A DNA stretch of 51,628 bases from Synechococcaceae cyanobacterium (GTDB taxonomy: Bacteria; Cyanobacteriota; Cyanobacteriia; PCC-6307; Cyanobiaceae). The stretch is from contig CANGZM010000001.1 in the NCBI GenBank assembly GCA_947458155.1, positions 1-51,628 on the forward strand, given 5' to 3'. The notes beneath the pieces are model-generated. The model had not been told where the DNA came from. It made no database searches and saw only the letters and a list, made by a program, of their open reading frames with translations. Below are positions 28,975-37,796 of the stretch, piece by piece; position 1 is the first letter of the stretch; each line of letters opens with the position of its first letter. A program made the position numbers and the translations under genes.

Positions 28975-29877
28975 TCAGGTCACGGCGCGGCCGATGTTGT
29001 AAAGCCGCCCGATCGCCTTCTGATCGCAGACAGCAAAGCCCACGTACCAATCGACGCGGGTGCGAAACACCGGGGCGTCCTGCACTTCCCCGAAGTCCCT
29101 CACTGAGATGCCGTAGCGGCCCTCAAATGGTCCCTGCAGGCCGGTCATCTGCTCATCGCCAAAGGCGCAGCAGTAGATCGAGGTGGTGCCACCCGCCTCG
29201 CCGAAACCGAGCACCTCGTTGCCATTGGCGTCTTCTTCCAGGCAGAGGATCTCGGTGTCCTCAAACCAGTGGCGGCCGTCCATCACCTGATAGAGGTCAC
29301 TGCCGACAACGGCGCGGCAGGCGGCACTGATCTGGCGCCGGCCCGCCTTGCTGGTCAGCAGCACCTTCTCGCTGCCGTAGGCATTGACGGAGTCCACCAG
29401 GGCCTCCAGCCGGGAGAGCTTGACGCTGCCTGAAATGTTGTCGACGGTCTGGGGGCCACCGGGGGTGAGCCGCTTGCTGAGGCCGTTGAAGGCGCGGGGA
29501 TCAAAGGCGGCATCACCGTTGATCACCGCCGCCTCCAGGGTGAGGCGCATGGAGCGCACCTTCTGCTCGGTCTGGCTGGCCCTGGCCTCGGGGCCGTTGA
29601 GGTCCACAATCGAGCGGTCCACATCGAGATCACCACCAAAGAGGTGGACGAACTCGGTGTCGTTTTCGACGGCGCCGTAATCACGCCGGTAGCCCTCGTT
29701 GACGGCGCGGAAGCCGACGCGGGGCATTTTCTTCTCGACGGCGAACTTAAGAGCACCACCAAGCAGGTTGCGGAAGGGCAGGCGGCTGATCAGTTGACCC
29801 TCGCTGAAGGTCTTGATCACCGCCAGGCGCTCCACCCGCGTCTCGTGTTTGGCAGCCTCGATCAGGGAGAGGCCCAT
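28975..29877 (-). CDS. Major capsid protein (HK97 fold)
   Basis: VGFRAVNEGY...GGDLDVDRSIVDLNG...INGD..FDPRAFNGLSKRL and TRVDWYVG resemble BPP-1-like capsid proteins. Confidence 0.85.
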   Translation of the reverse strand: MGLSLIEAAKHETRVERLAVIKTFSEGQLISRLPFRNLLGGALKFAVEKKMPRVGFRAVNEGYRRDYGAVENDTEFVHLFGGDLDVDRSIVDLNGPEARASQTEQKVRSMRLTLEAAVINGDAAFDPRAFNGLSKRLTPGGPQTVDNISGSVKLSRLEALVDSVNAYGSEKVLLTSKAGRRQISAACRAVVGSDLYQVMDGRHWFEDTEILCLEEDANGNEVLGFGEAGGTTSIYCCAFGDEQMTGLQGPFEGRYGISVRDFGEVQDAPVFRTRVDWYVGFAVCDQKAIGRLYNIGRAVT

Positions 29878-30076
29878 GCTTGCTCCGGGAGTACCCAGCA
29901 ACGTCTCCAGCTATTACCAGCCGACAGCGATCGCATCAGCGCCATCTCAGCCTCAAAGGGGCTGGCGGTGGGGTCGCGCATCATCCGCCGGGGCAAGGGC
30001 TGCGCAAGTCGGCCTAGCGGCCGACCCTTGCCTGATCCGGCGGTGCTGCTGGCGTCCCACCACTGCGCCAGGTTCC

Positions 30077-30373
30077 ATGTCTATTTGGCTCGATTCACTC
30101 TCCCAAGGGGATCCCATCGCCCTCGTCCATTCCAGCCACCAGGCGCTCAGCCGGCTATTGAGCACCCACCGGGGCAAGCCAATCCGCCGCCTCTGGATTG
30201 ATCACCCCTATGGAGAAGAGGAAATCGCCCTGCTGGAAGAAGAGCTGATCCCGGCCATGGGGGAATTCCTAGCCCGCATCCAAGAAATTGATGCGGTGCT
30301 GGAGGCCGCCCAGGCAACAAAGATTGAGCGGGTCCAGGCCGCCAGGGCAAACGAGCCACTGGCAGCGGCTTGA
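30077..30373 (+). CDS. Hypothetical protein, counter-oriented
   Basis: 98-aa ATG ORF with protein-like composition (LWIDHPYGEEEIALLEEEL) after a strong hairpin. Confidence 0.65.
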   Translation: MSIWLDSLSQGDPIALVHSSHQALSRLLSTHRGKPIRRLWIDHPYGEEEIALLEEELIPAMGEFLARIQEIDAVLEAAQATKIERVQAARANEPLAAA

Positions 30374-30469
30374 GGCCATCAAGGGCCGGTCGCTCAGCAC
30401 CGGCCTCTGCACCGGTTGCCAGCGGCGGCTGTGGCCTGGCAATGGGAGCTGAACGGATGCAGCAGATCC

Positions 30470-30700
30470 ATGCCCGCCACCATGATTCGCGCCAGGTTGA
30501 TGAAGGCCCCGGCCCAGGTCGCCCGGGTTCACGCCAAACCCCGCACCGGCGTCTGGCCCCAGCAAGTGGTCGGTGCGCCGGGTGTTGCCTTCTCCGTCGC
30601 CATGGCCCCCCTCGCGGGGCAGCTTCGATCGGAAGGTGAGCAAAGCAACCCCGTCGCGGCCGTCAGAGGTGCGGCGCAGCGGTGGGTGGAGCAGCGGTGA
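30470..30700 (+). CDS. Small hypothetical protein
   Basis: 76-aa ATG ORF co-oriented with its neighbours. Confidence 0.35.
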   Translation: MPATMIRARLMKAPAQVARVHAKPRTGVWPQQVVGAPGVAFSVAMAPLAGQLRSEGEQSNPVAAVRGAAQRWVEQR

Positions 30701-30805
30701 TCTGGCCAGTGAGGTCTGAGCTGCTTTGGAGGGAGGCGCGTTTGGGCTGTCTGATGGACGCCCCAGAGTTACAGAGTAGATCGTGGATTTATTTATCATA
30801 TTTGT

Positions 30806-31171
30806 AGAGGCTGCAGCAGCCGTGCTGGGTGCCTGGCTGGTGCGTGTCAACTTTGGCGGGTCTCGGGCTTGCTACATGCCCGGTATCGATCAGATCCAAC
30901 TGCCGGATCGCGACAGCTTCTACTCACCCGCTGCGTTCTGCGCCAACTGGGCCCATGGGCAGATCCACTCAACTGCCATGAATCGCGGCTCATGCGGCTT
31001 CCTGGTGGTGCCTTCGGGTACTCGCGTGAGGCGCTGGTCGGGGAATTAGAATGCGATTCTGCTTGGTTGTTGGCTAGTATTCGTTAGATAAATTAAGAGC
31101 AATGTGGCCTATCTAAGCGACTGGATCGAGCAGCTCAAGGAATCGCTCTGGCTGCTGGCCTTTGCCGGTTA
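30806..31171 (+). pseudogene. ardC: Decayed ArdC-like zincin metallopeptidase (MPTase) domain
   Basis: GGSRACYMPGIDQIQLPDRDSF..AAFCANWAHGQIHST, frameshift near 30975, HESRLMRLPGGAFGYSREALVGEL, later AYLSDWIEQLKES. Confidence 0.72.
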
Positions 31172-31334
31172 ATCACATCAACAGCCCAGGACAGGGTTGC
31201 TGGCGCTGCCGGTTCAGTCAATCACCTCTGAAGCTGATCAAAGTTGCGGAGATAATTGCCGTATTGTGGCGGAGCAGATCGTCAGAGATTCTGGTTTTCC
31301 ATAACCAAGGGTAAATCGATGATGGCTGGAAAAC

Positions 31335-33359
31335 TCAATTCATATCCAGCGCCTTGAAGGTAGCCGTCTTTACATCGTTGTAAAAAATTGGATCAATCTT
31401 GTCGATCACATCTGTGTTCACTTCCAGAAAACTCCGCTTGTTCTCAGCAGGGATCAGGGCACAACGGGCGCCGTTGTCCATCGCGACTTGAAGCGGCTCC
31501 ACCAAGGAGCGAGCGGCCTTGATGTTGCCCTGGATGCTCATGTCGCCGATCACCAGCATGCCGGCGCGGGCCGGGGCTCGACGAATGGCGGAGAATGCCG
31601 CGATGAAGAAAGCAACCCCCACCTCGGCACCAACCTTATTACCGAGCAGGTCGATAGCCTCCACGTTGTAGTCGTAGCTCTCGGCTTCATGGCCGATAGA
31701 GAAGGCGTGCTTGTTGGCCTGAAGGTAAGCAAAGGCCCGTGTAATCGACTCCTTTATCGCCCCACTGATGCCACCAGCCGGCTTGAGCTTGCCGTTCCCT
31801 GAGGCGATCGACACCTCCAGTCGGTAGAGCCCCACAGTGCCATCGCCGGTGACGGAGGTGGCATAAACCGAGCCGGGGGCCATGGGCTCTGCCGCAATCA
31901 GATCCTGGCCTCCCTGCTCAGGCACGCCCACGAAGTGCTCCTCACCCGTCTCATTGTCGGAATAGCTGAAGGAGGTCTGGCTGTACTCGAAAGAACCCAT
32001 CTTCTTGAGTTGTTCCTTGACGCGACGCCTGCCCTCGATCGCCAGCTTGAGGATCTCCTCCAGGTCTTCCTTGGAAGGTGCTCCGTGAGGATGGATGATC
32101 TTGACCAGGCCCGACACCGTGCGCCGAACAGCCTTTCGATCACGAGCATTGAGATGGGTACCCATGCCGAAGTAGGTGTCGCACAGCTCGGTGTAGTTGA
32201 GTTTGCGCAGATCCCGCAGCGCCTCAGCGAGATAGTCGATCACGAAGCCATAGTGGTCGGTGAAGAACTCATTACGCATCTTGGGGATTTCCCAGCCCGG
32301 CAAGTAGCAATGCAGGCGATCGATGAAGGCCATGTCATCACGGATCACATCGGGCATTGGTGCAAACAGATGGCCTGTCTGCACCATCACGTCGATGGGC
32401 TGTTGGGTGTTGCCAAACATGGCGATGCTGGCATCACCGGCGAAGCTCTCGGCACCACGCTGAAATTGCCCGGATTCGCAGTAGGTCTTCATGGTGGTGA
32501 TGACCTCCTTGGGCATTTTCTGTAGGTCAGCCACCTCGTCAAAGCCCACCACATCCCAGATCGACACCATTCCCTTCACCTTGCCGTTCATGTGCCCAAA
32601 GAGGTTGGCCACGGTGGTGGGCCCAGTGAGCAAAGCTGCATAGGGGGAGAGCTCCTGCACGGCAAAGCTCTTGCCGGTGCCGCGAGGGCCCAGCTCCACC
32701 AAGTTGTAGTTGCGCTCGCAGAGCGGAATCAGACGCAGCAGAAACAACAGCTTGAGCCGCTGGCTCATCTCTGAGGGCTCATAGCCGATCGAGCGGATCA
32801 GCAGATCGATCCACTCGTCGGTGCTGAACTGGGTGCGCAGCTTCCGGTACTCCTCCAGGTTGAAGGTGGCCAGCTGGATCGGGTTGAGCTGGCTGATCGA
32901 GAAAGGTGCCTTGCTGTCGGTTTCGTCCCACTCCACTTCCACCTGGGCCCATACCCCGCCGGTAAGCAGCCGCTCGAAAGCATGGACGTCCTCATCGGAG
33001 ATGCGAAGGTTGCTGCTGCCGAAGTTGACGCACTCGGCCACGTAAGTGGAGCCGGTGAGGCGTACCTTCACCTTGTCGATGAAGGTGTAGCGCCCTTTCT
33101 GCTTCACCTTGCTCTGGGCCTTGGTGGCCTCGTCAGGGCGGATGTAGTTGTTGGCGAGGGTGTCACGCACCACCGCCAGGCCCAGCTCAATGGCGGTGGA
33201 GTCGGAGGAGGCGCAATACTTGCCGAGTAGGTACTCAAGAACAAAAACCGGAACGTTGGCGCCCACCTTGACCGAGCGCACCAAGTCCTTGCGGACGCAC
33301 TTGCCCGCAAAAATCTGGTTGACCTTGTCGTCGAGACTGTCGCGGGGGGGGGTGGTCAT
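31335..33359 (-). CDS. brxL: BREX Lon-like protein BrxL
   Basis: VPVFVLEYLLGKYC, ELGPRGTGKS Walker A, FDEV Walker B, AFIDRLHCYLPGWEIPK, Lon-like C-terminus. Confidence 0.95.
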   Translation of the reverse strand: MTTPPRDSLDDKVNQIFAGKCVRKDLVRSVKVGANVPVFVLEYLLGKYCASSDSTAIELGLAVVRDTLANNYIRPDEATKAQSKVKQKGRYTFIDKVKVRLTGSTYVAECVNFGSSNLRISDEDVHAFERLLTGGVWAQVEVEWDETDSKAPFSISQLNPIQLATFNLEEYRKLRTQFSTDEWIDLLIRSIGYEPSEMSQRLKLLFLLRLIPLCERNYNLVELGPRGTGKSFAVQELSPYAALLTGPTTVANLFGHMNGKVKGMVSIWDVVGFDEVADLQKMPKEVITTMKTYCESGQFQRGAESFAGDASIAMFGNTQQPIDVMVQTGHLFAPMPDVIRDDMAFIDRLHCYLPGWEIPKMRNEFFTDHYGFVIDYLAEALRDLRKLNYTELCDTYFGMGTHLNARDRKAVRRTVSGLVKIIHPHGAPSKEDLEEILKLAIEGRRRVKEQLKKMGSFEYSQTSFSYSDNETGEEHFVGVPEQGGQDLIAAEPMAPGSVYATSVTGDGTVGLYRLEVSIASGNGKLKPAGGISGAIKESITRAFAYLQANKHAFSIGHEAESYDYNVEAIDLLGNKVGAEVGVAFFIAAFSAIRRAPARAGMLVIGDMSIQGNIKAARSLVEPLQVAMDNGARCALIPAENKRSFLEVNTDVIDKIDPIFYNDVKTATFKALDMN

Positions 33360-33372
33360 AGGGGTGGGATGT

Positions 33373-36009
33373 TCAGGCGATCAGATCGACGGCGATGGCC
33401 TTGGTCTCGAGCAGCACCACATCGGTGTTGGCATCGCGCAGCTCCAAGCGGAGCTTCCTGGCACTGACCTCGGCGGGGAGCATCAGCCCAACGGAGGCCC
33501 GGACGCCAGCCGTCAAGGTGATGCGGTTGGTGTCCCGGTCGAACTCGGCCTGCAGGGCCTGGATCGGGGTGGCGACGAGGCCACCGGTGTTGACGTCATA
33601 GGCACCCAGCAAAACGTCCTTGGACGCACCCTGATTGAGAAGGCCAGAGGCAAGCTCCACCTTCACCATCAGAATGCGATTGGTGATCTTTTCAGGAACC
33701 TGCCAGACCAGGTCGTCCAGCCCCTTGGGGTTGGAAGCGACGGGAGCGCAGCGGAAGCTCAGCACGGGAATCAACAGCTCCTGCAGGCTGGCGCCCCCAT
33801 GGTGGAAGCAGAGGCTGCCGCCCGCTTTGAGCACGCCTGTGGAGCGGGGTACCACGGTGGTGAGCCCATCGGCGCCGTATCCCAACGCTTCCGGCGGGAT
33901 CGCCACACAAGGATCGGGCGTTGTTGCGGGATGGCCGACCCAGCAACGGCGGTGGAGATCGAACTCCTTGCCTGCCGGGCTTGTGATCCTCATCTCCATG
34001 GGCTTGGGCTCACCATGGAGATAGCCATGGTCGGCGGTGATCACGATGCGCTCGATCGGATGAGTCAAGGAAAGGCCGGCCAGCTTACGCACCACCGCCT
34101 GAATTGTGTCGAGCTCCCGCTGCATGTCACCACGGACATTGGCCAGGTTCTCTCCGTCTTTCTCACCAGCAAAATCAATCCCCTGGCTGGTGATCACTAC
34201 GGGAGAGGAATGAGCGAGCTTTTCAGCCAGGGTGGCGGGCTTGGCCTTCATCGCCTCGAAGAGGGAGAGCACCGTGACCTTGGGCACCCGCTGTTGCAGG
34301 TGGGCCAGCCGCTTGGCCTTGTCGGACCAGCCCACGGGGACCTCATCTACGATCGATACAGGTTTGCCACCCTTGGCCACTACGGCAAACGAGCGTTCGG
34401 CCCCTGGCAGCAGGGCTGCCATTCCGACCTCTGTGATGGTGGGAAGGGCTGCCTGGGCTGGCTCAAGGCGCAGGTCGCTGATGCCTTCGTTTTGCAGGGC
34501 CAGAAACCTGCGTTCGAGGGTCACTCCCATCTCAAAACGAAGCGCATCGACCCAGAACACCGCTACACGGCCACGACCCTTCTGCACCCGTTCCGCCCAG
34601 ATCTGTTGTTGGGGCAAGAGCTCCGGCACCGACCAGCCAGCCGCCGCCAGCGCGGCAGTGAAGCGAGTGGTTTGCTCCTCCAACTGCTTGTCGTAGAGCT
34701 GGCGCAGCTGCGCCAGTCCTTGGGGAATCTCGCAGTCGTCTGGGGCCAGCTCGCCCACCTGCTGCTCAAGCTTGCGCTGCAAGCGATCAACCTCTTGGCC
34801 CCTGTCCACGTAATCCTGCGCCAACTCCTGAGCCCCGGTTTGCGCGGAGAGCGGATGGGCCGCGGCGTTCTCCAAGGCAATCCCGAGGCGAGCGGCCCAT
34901 TCCGCCACGGCCCACTGGGCACGGCGCTTGATCTGGCGCTCATCGGCCTGGGCGCCCCTCAGCCAGAAACTCTGCTGGCGTTCGAGGATCAGCTGTTGAG
35001 CCTTGGCGTACTGCCGATCAGCCAGAAACTGATCGACGCTGCGCAACAGGAAGCGTTCCTCACAGGGGAATGTGTCGATGGCGCCGAGCACCCCGGGCCT
35101 TTCCCTGGCGATGCGATCTTGCACCTGCAGCTCAGCCTCGATGGCGGCGGCGATGGCGGCGTAAGGGCCAGGATGGTCACGGCGCAGGCCGCGGACGTCC
35201 TCCAGGGACTGGGCGATCGGTTCTTTCCCCAGCGGCAAGGGCTGGGCCTTGAATGCCAACAACTCGTCGCCGCGCCAATCGGTGAGGAACTCATGCAAGA
35301 GCAGGCTGCGCTGGCAGCGATGGCGCCATTGAGCCAGGGAATCAGCGGGAGGCAGGGCGAGGCCCCAGCGGCTCTTGAGTAGTTCGGCCAGCTCCGCCTC
35401 CAGCCCCTTGGTGGCGATGGCGGCATCGCATTGATCGGAGACCAGCCAGAGCCGCACGACATCGCTGTTCTCCGGGAGCGCCCCACGGGGTTGTTGAAAC
35501 AGCCCCTTGAGTTGGCTGAAGCCTCCACCGGCGGACTGCTCCAGGGCTTGGGCGATCTCGCGGTAGGTGAGGCCAGGGCGAGCGAGGAACTCCCGCACCT
35601 TGGCCGGCTCCATAACGGCCTGCAGAGCGCGGCGTGAACGGTTAGCCAGCTGGGGCTTGAAGACGGCACCAGCGTGGATCAACTCCATCAGCACCACTTT
35701 CGCTGAGCCTTGCTCGTGCTTTGGCAGGTAGACCAGCAACGGCTCAGGGCGCTCAGAGGCCACGAACGGCTCCAGTGCCAGCCGCAGCTGGAACAGGCTC
35801 GGCCCCGCCAGGGCCCAGTACACGGCCATGTCGCCCAGCTCGATGGAGCCGACGCCGCCCGGCTCCGGCACCTCGGTGGCCACCTCATCGAGGAAAGGCC
35901 GGAGCTCCTCGGCTGGATCGAACATCAGCACCACGCGCCTATTGCGCAGCTCTTTTGCCAGGGGGCTTGCCAGCAGTTGAAACAGCTTGTTGGGAGCAGG
36001 AACCGGCAT
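33373..36009 (-). CDS. pglZ: BREX PglZ (alkaline-phosphatase fold)
   Basis: VDALRFE, LPTITEVGMAALLP, ITADHG and HHGGASLQELLIP. Confidence 0.93.
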   Translation of the reverse strand: MPVPAPNKLFQLLASPLAKELRNRRVVLMFDPAEELRPFLDEVATEVPEPGGVGSIELGDMAVYWALAGPSLFQLRLALEPFVASERPEPLLVYLPKHEQGSAKVVLMELIHAGAVFKPQLANRSRRALQAVMEPAKVREFLARPGLTYREIAQALEQSAGGGFSQLKGLFQQPRGALPENSDVVRLWLVSDQCDAAIATKGLEAELAELLKSRWGLALPPADSLAQWRHRCQRSLLLHEFLTDWRGDELLAFKAQPLPLGKEPIAQSLEDVRGLRRDHPGPYAAIAAAIEAELQVQDRIARERPGVLGAIDTFPCEERFLLRSVDQFLADRQYAKAQQLILERQQSFWLRGAQADERQIKRRAQWAVAEWAARLGIALENAAAHPLSAQTGAQELAQDYVDRGQEVDRLQRKLEQQVGELAPDDCEIPQGLAQLRQLYDKQLEEQTTRFTAALAAAGWSVPELLPQQQIWAERVQKGRGRVAVFWVDALRFEMGVTLERRFLALQNEGISDLRLEPAQAALPTITEVGMAALLPGAERSFAVVAKGGKPVSIVDEVPVGWSDKAKRLAHLQQRVPKVTVLSLFEAMKAKPATLAEKLAHSSPVVITSQGIDFAGEKDGENLANVRGDMQRELDTIQAVVRKLAGLSLTHPIERIVITADHGYLHGEPKPMEMRITSPAGKEFDLHRRCWVGHPATTPDPCVAIPPEALGYGADGLTTVVPRSTGVLKAGGSLCFHHGGASLQELLIPVLSFRCAPVASNPKGLDDLVWQVPEKITNRILMVKVELASGLLNQGASKDVLLGAYDVNTGGLVATPIQALQAEFDRDTNRITLTAGVRASVGLMLPAEVSARKLRLELRDANTDVVLLETKAIAVDLIA

Positions 36010-36122
36010 AGATCAGTAGGGGAGCCTGCGGAACAGCATCCGCATGGCTGGGGACCAGGAAGCGGCCGTTACGCGCACGTTACGAGGATGTTCGTAAAAA
36101 TACGAGAACGCTTGAAAAGTGC

Positions 36123-37796
36123 TCATATGCTCGGCCCCGGCCGGTAGACCCGGCCCTTGCCCTGCCCTTCTGGGATCAAGTCCCCCCGCCTGCTGAGCCG
36201 CTGGAGGGCATGGGTGGCCTGGTTTTTCTCCAGCCCGATCGCCTGAAGCACATCTCGCCGACGCAGCTGCCGGGTTACGCGGGCTAGGGCAAGAATCCGC
36301 TGGTCGATCTCCTCTGAGCTGAGCACGGCCTGACGGGCATAGCCGGCCTCCTGATCGAAGGCCCGGTAGACCGGCTGGGAGAGGGTGTAACTGCGGCCCC
36401 GGCCCTGGCTTTGTGCCGCCACCAGATCGGCCTCCACCAGCTGCTCCAGATGGCGACGGACGACGGCTTCATCGCGATGGAGCTGGGCGGCCAACTGGGC
36501 GGTGGTGAGCCGACGCTGTTCATGCAGTGTGTGGAGCAGCAACAGGCTGAGCAAACCCAGTGGTTCACCGGCCCGGCGCTGGTGCTCGTACCAGAGGGCC
36601 ACCAGCTGCAGGTTGGCGGGCTGGGTGCTGAGCTCCACCACCACGTCATCGAGGCTGGAGCGGCCGTAGTTGGGGGCTACGCGGCCGCTTTCGAGCATGC
36701 CTTCGTAGATGCGGTCTATGCCCCGGCCGGTGCGCTCGGCCAGACCGATCCGCTTGAGGGCATCGGCGAGCACAGGATTGCGGGAGCGGGGCGGGCTGGA
36801 GAGCAGGGTGTCGATGGTGACGCCCCGCACGAATCCACCGGGATTGCTGATCACCAGCTGCTCGACCAGCTGCCAGGTCACATGGACGGCAGCTAGGCGG
36901 GTGTAGTCGCGGTGGGCGAGGGCATTGATGAAGGCTTCGCGGAAGGCCCGCTTCTTGAGATTCGGCACCGGCACACGAAACAGACCCACCTCCAGCTCCT
37001 GTTCGGAGATGAAGGGATCGATGCGCTGGTCCACCTCTTCCACCAGGGCCAGGAGCGGGGAGCGCAGAAAGCGGTTGATGCGCACCTCAGTGCCTTGAAG
37101 CACCTGAAAAGCGCATTCATGGCCGGGGATGCAGCGGCGAATGGCGGCGGAATGGCCGATCAGCAGCAGCCCGGCGAAGGTGGGTTGGAGGGTTCCCTGG
37201 GAATCAGGCACCACCAGCGCAAGCGCCCCATCGAGCTCGTCGTCGCTCAGCTCCAGGAGGGTTTCATCACCGCGGTAGGTGCGAACCATGGCCCGCAATC
37301 GCTGCCGCTCGGCTGGATCCAGATCGGCATGGTTGGCGGCAGGCACGGGTTGGGCCGACCAGTCGACTTCGAGCTGCTGGTTGGCGCGTCGCAGCACATC
37401 CACGGCGCTGGCGGGCCGGCAGAATGGTTTGCCTTTCTGGTCAAGGCCGCGAATCTGGCACCGGCCATCGCGGGTGAACACCGTGCCTTGGATGGCCGGC
37501 ACCTGGATCTGCAGCACCGGCTGACCCTCCAGCGTGAGCGGCTCGACGGTGACCCCCAAGGGGGGTGTGGTGAACTCACCGATCACAGCAGCGAGGTTCC
37601 GGGTGCGATCGCGGCTGGGATGGAGGCCAGTAACAATGCCGTTGTCTTCCACGCCCAGATAGAGATCACCCCCGTGGGCATTGGCTAAGCAGACAGCTGC
37701 GAGCGCCAAGTCGCGATCGGAGAGCTGCACCTTGCGGTCGCCCTTGAACTCCACCGTGAGGGTTTCGGCCGGCGGGATCTGGGGCGCCTCCGCCAT
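36123..37796 (-). CDS. Schlafen/AlbA_2 domain + HATPase_c_4-like domain + wHTH protein inside the BREX operon
   Basis: TVEFK, CLANAHGGDLYLGVEDNG, REAFINALAHRDY, SNPGG, RNP.LA and ERTGRGIDRI; C-terminal wHTHs. Confidence 0.88.
   Translation of the reverse strand: MAEAPQIPPAETLTVEFKGDRKVQLSDRDLALAAVCLANAHGGDLYLGVEDNGIVTGLHPSRDRTRNLAAVIGEFTTPPLGVTVEPLTLEGQPVLQIQVPAIQGTVFTRDGRCQIRGLDQKGKPFCRPASAVDVLRRANQQLEVDWSAQPVPAANHADLDPAERQRLRAMVRTYRGDETLLELSDDELDGALALVVPDSQGTLQPTFAGLLLIGHSAAIRRCIPGHECAFQVLQGTEVRINRFLRSPLLALVEEVDQRIDPFISEQELEVGLFRVPVPNLKKRAFREAFINALAHRDYTRLAAVHVTWQLVEQLVISNPGGFVRGVTIDTLLSSPPRSRNPVLADALKRIGLAERTGRGIDRIYEGMLESGRVAPNYGRSSLDDVVVELSTQPANLQLVALWYEHQRRAGEPLGLLSLLLLHTLHEQRRLTTAQLAAQLHRDEAVVRRHLEQLVEADLVAAQSQGRGRSYTLSQPVYRAFDQEAGYARQAVLSSEEIDQRILALARVTRQLRRRDVLQAIGLEKNQATHALQRLSRRGDLIPEGQGKGRVYRPGPSI

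Noticed and set aside
33148-35382. 744-aa plus-strand ORF and other long antisense ORFs (e.g. 43120-44640, 49429-50601, 28170-29330)
   Set aside because: They lie antisense to well-supported genes in GC-rich DNA and carry no recognisable motifs; shadow ORFs
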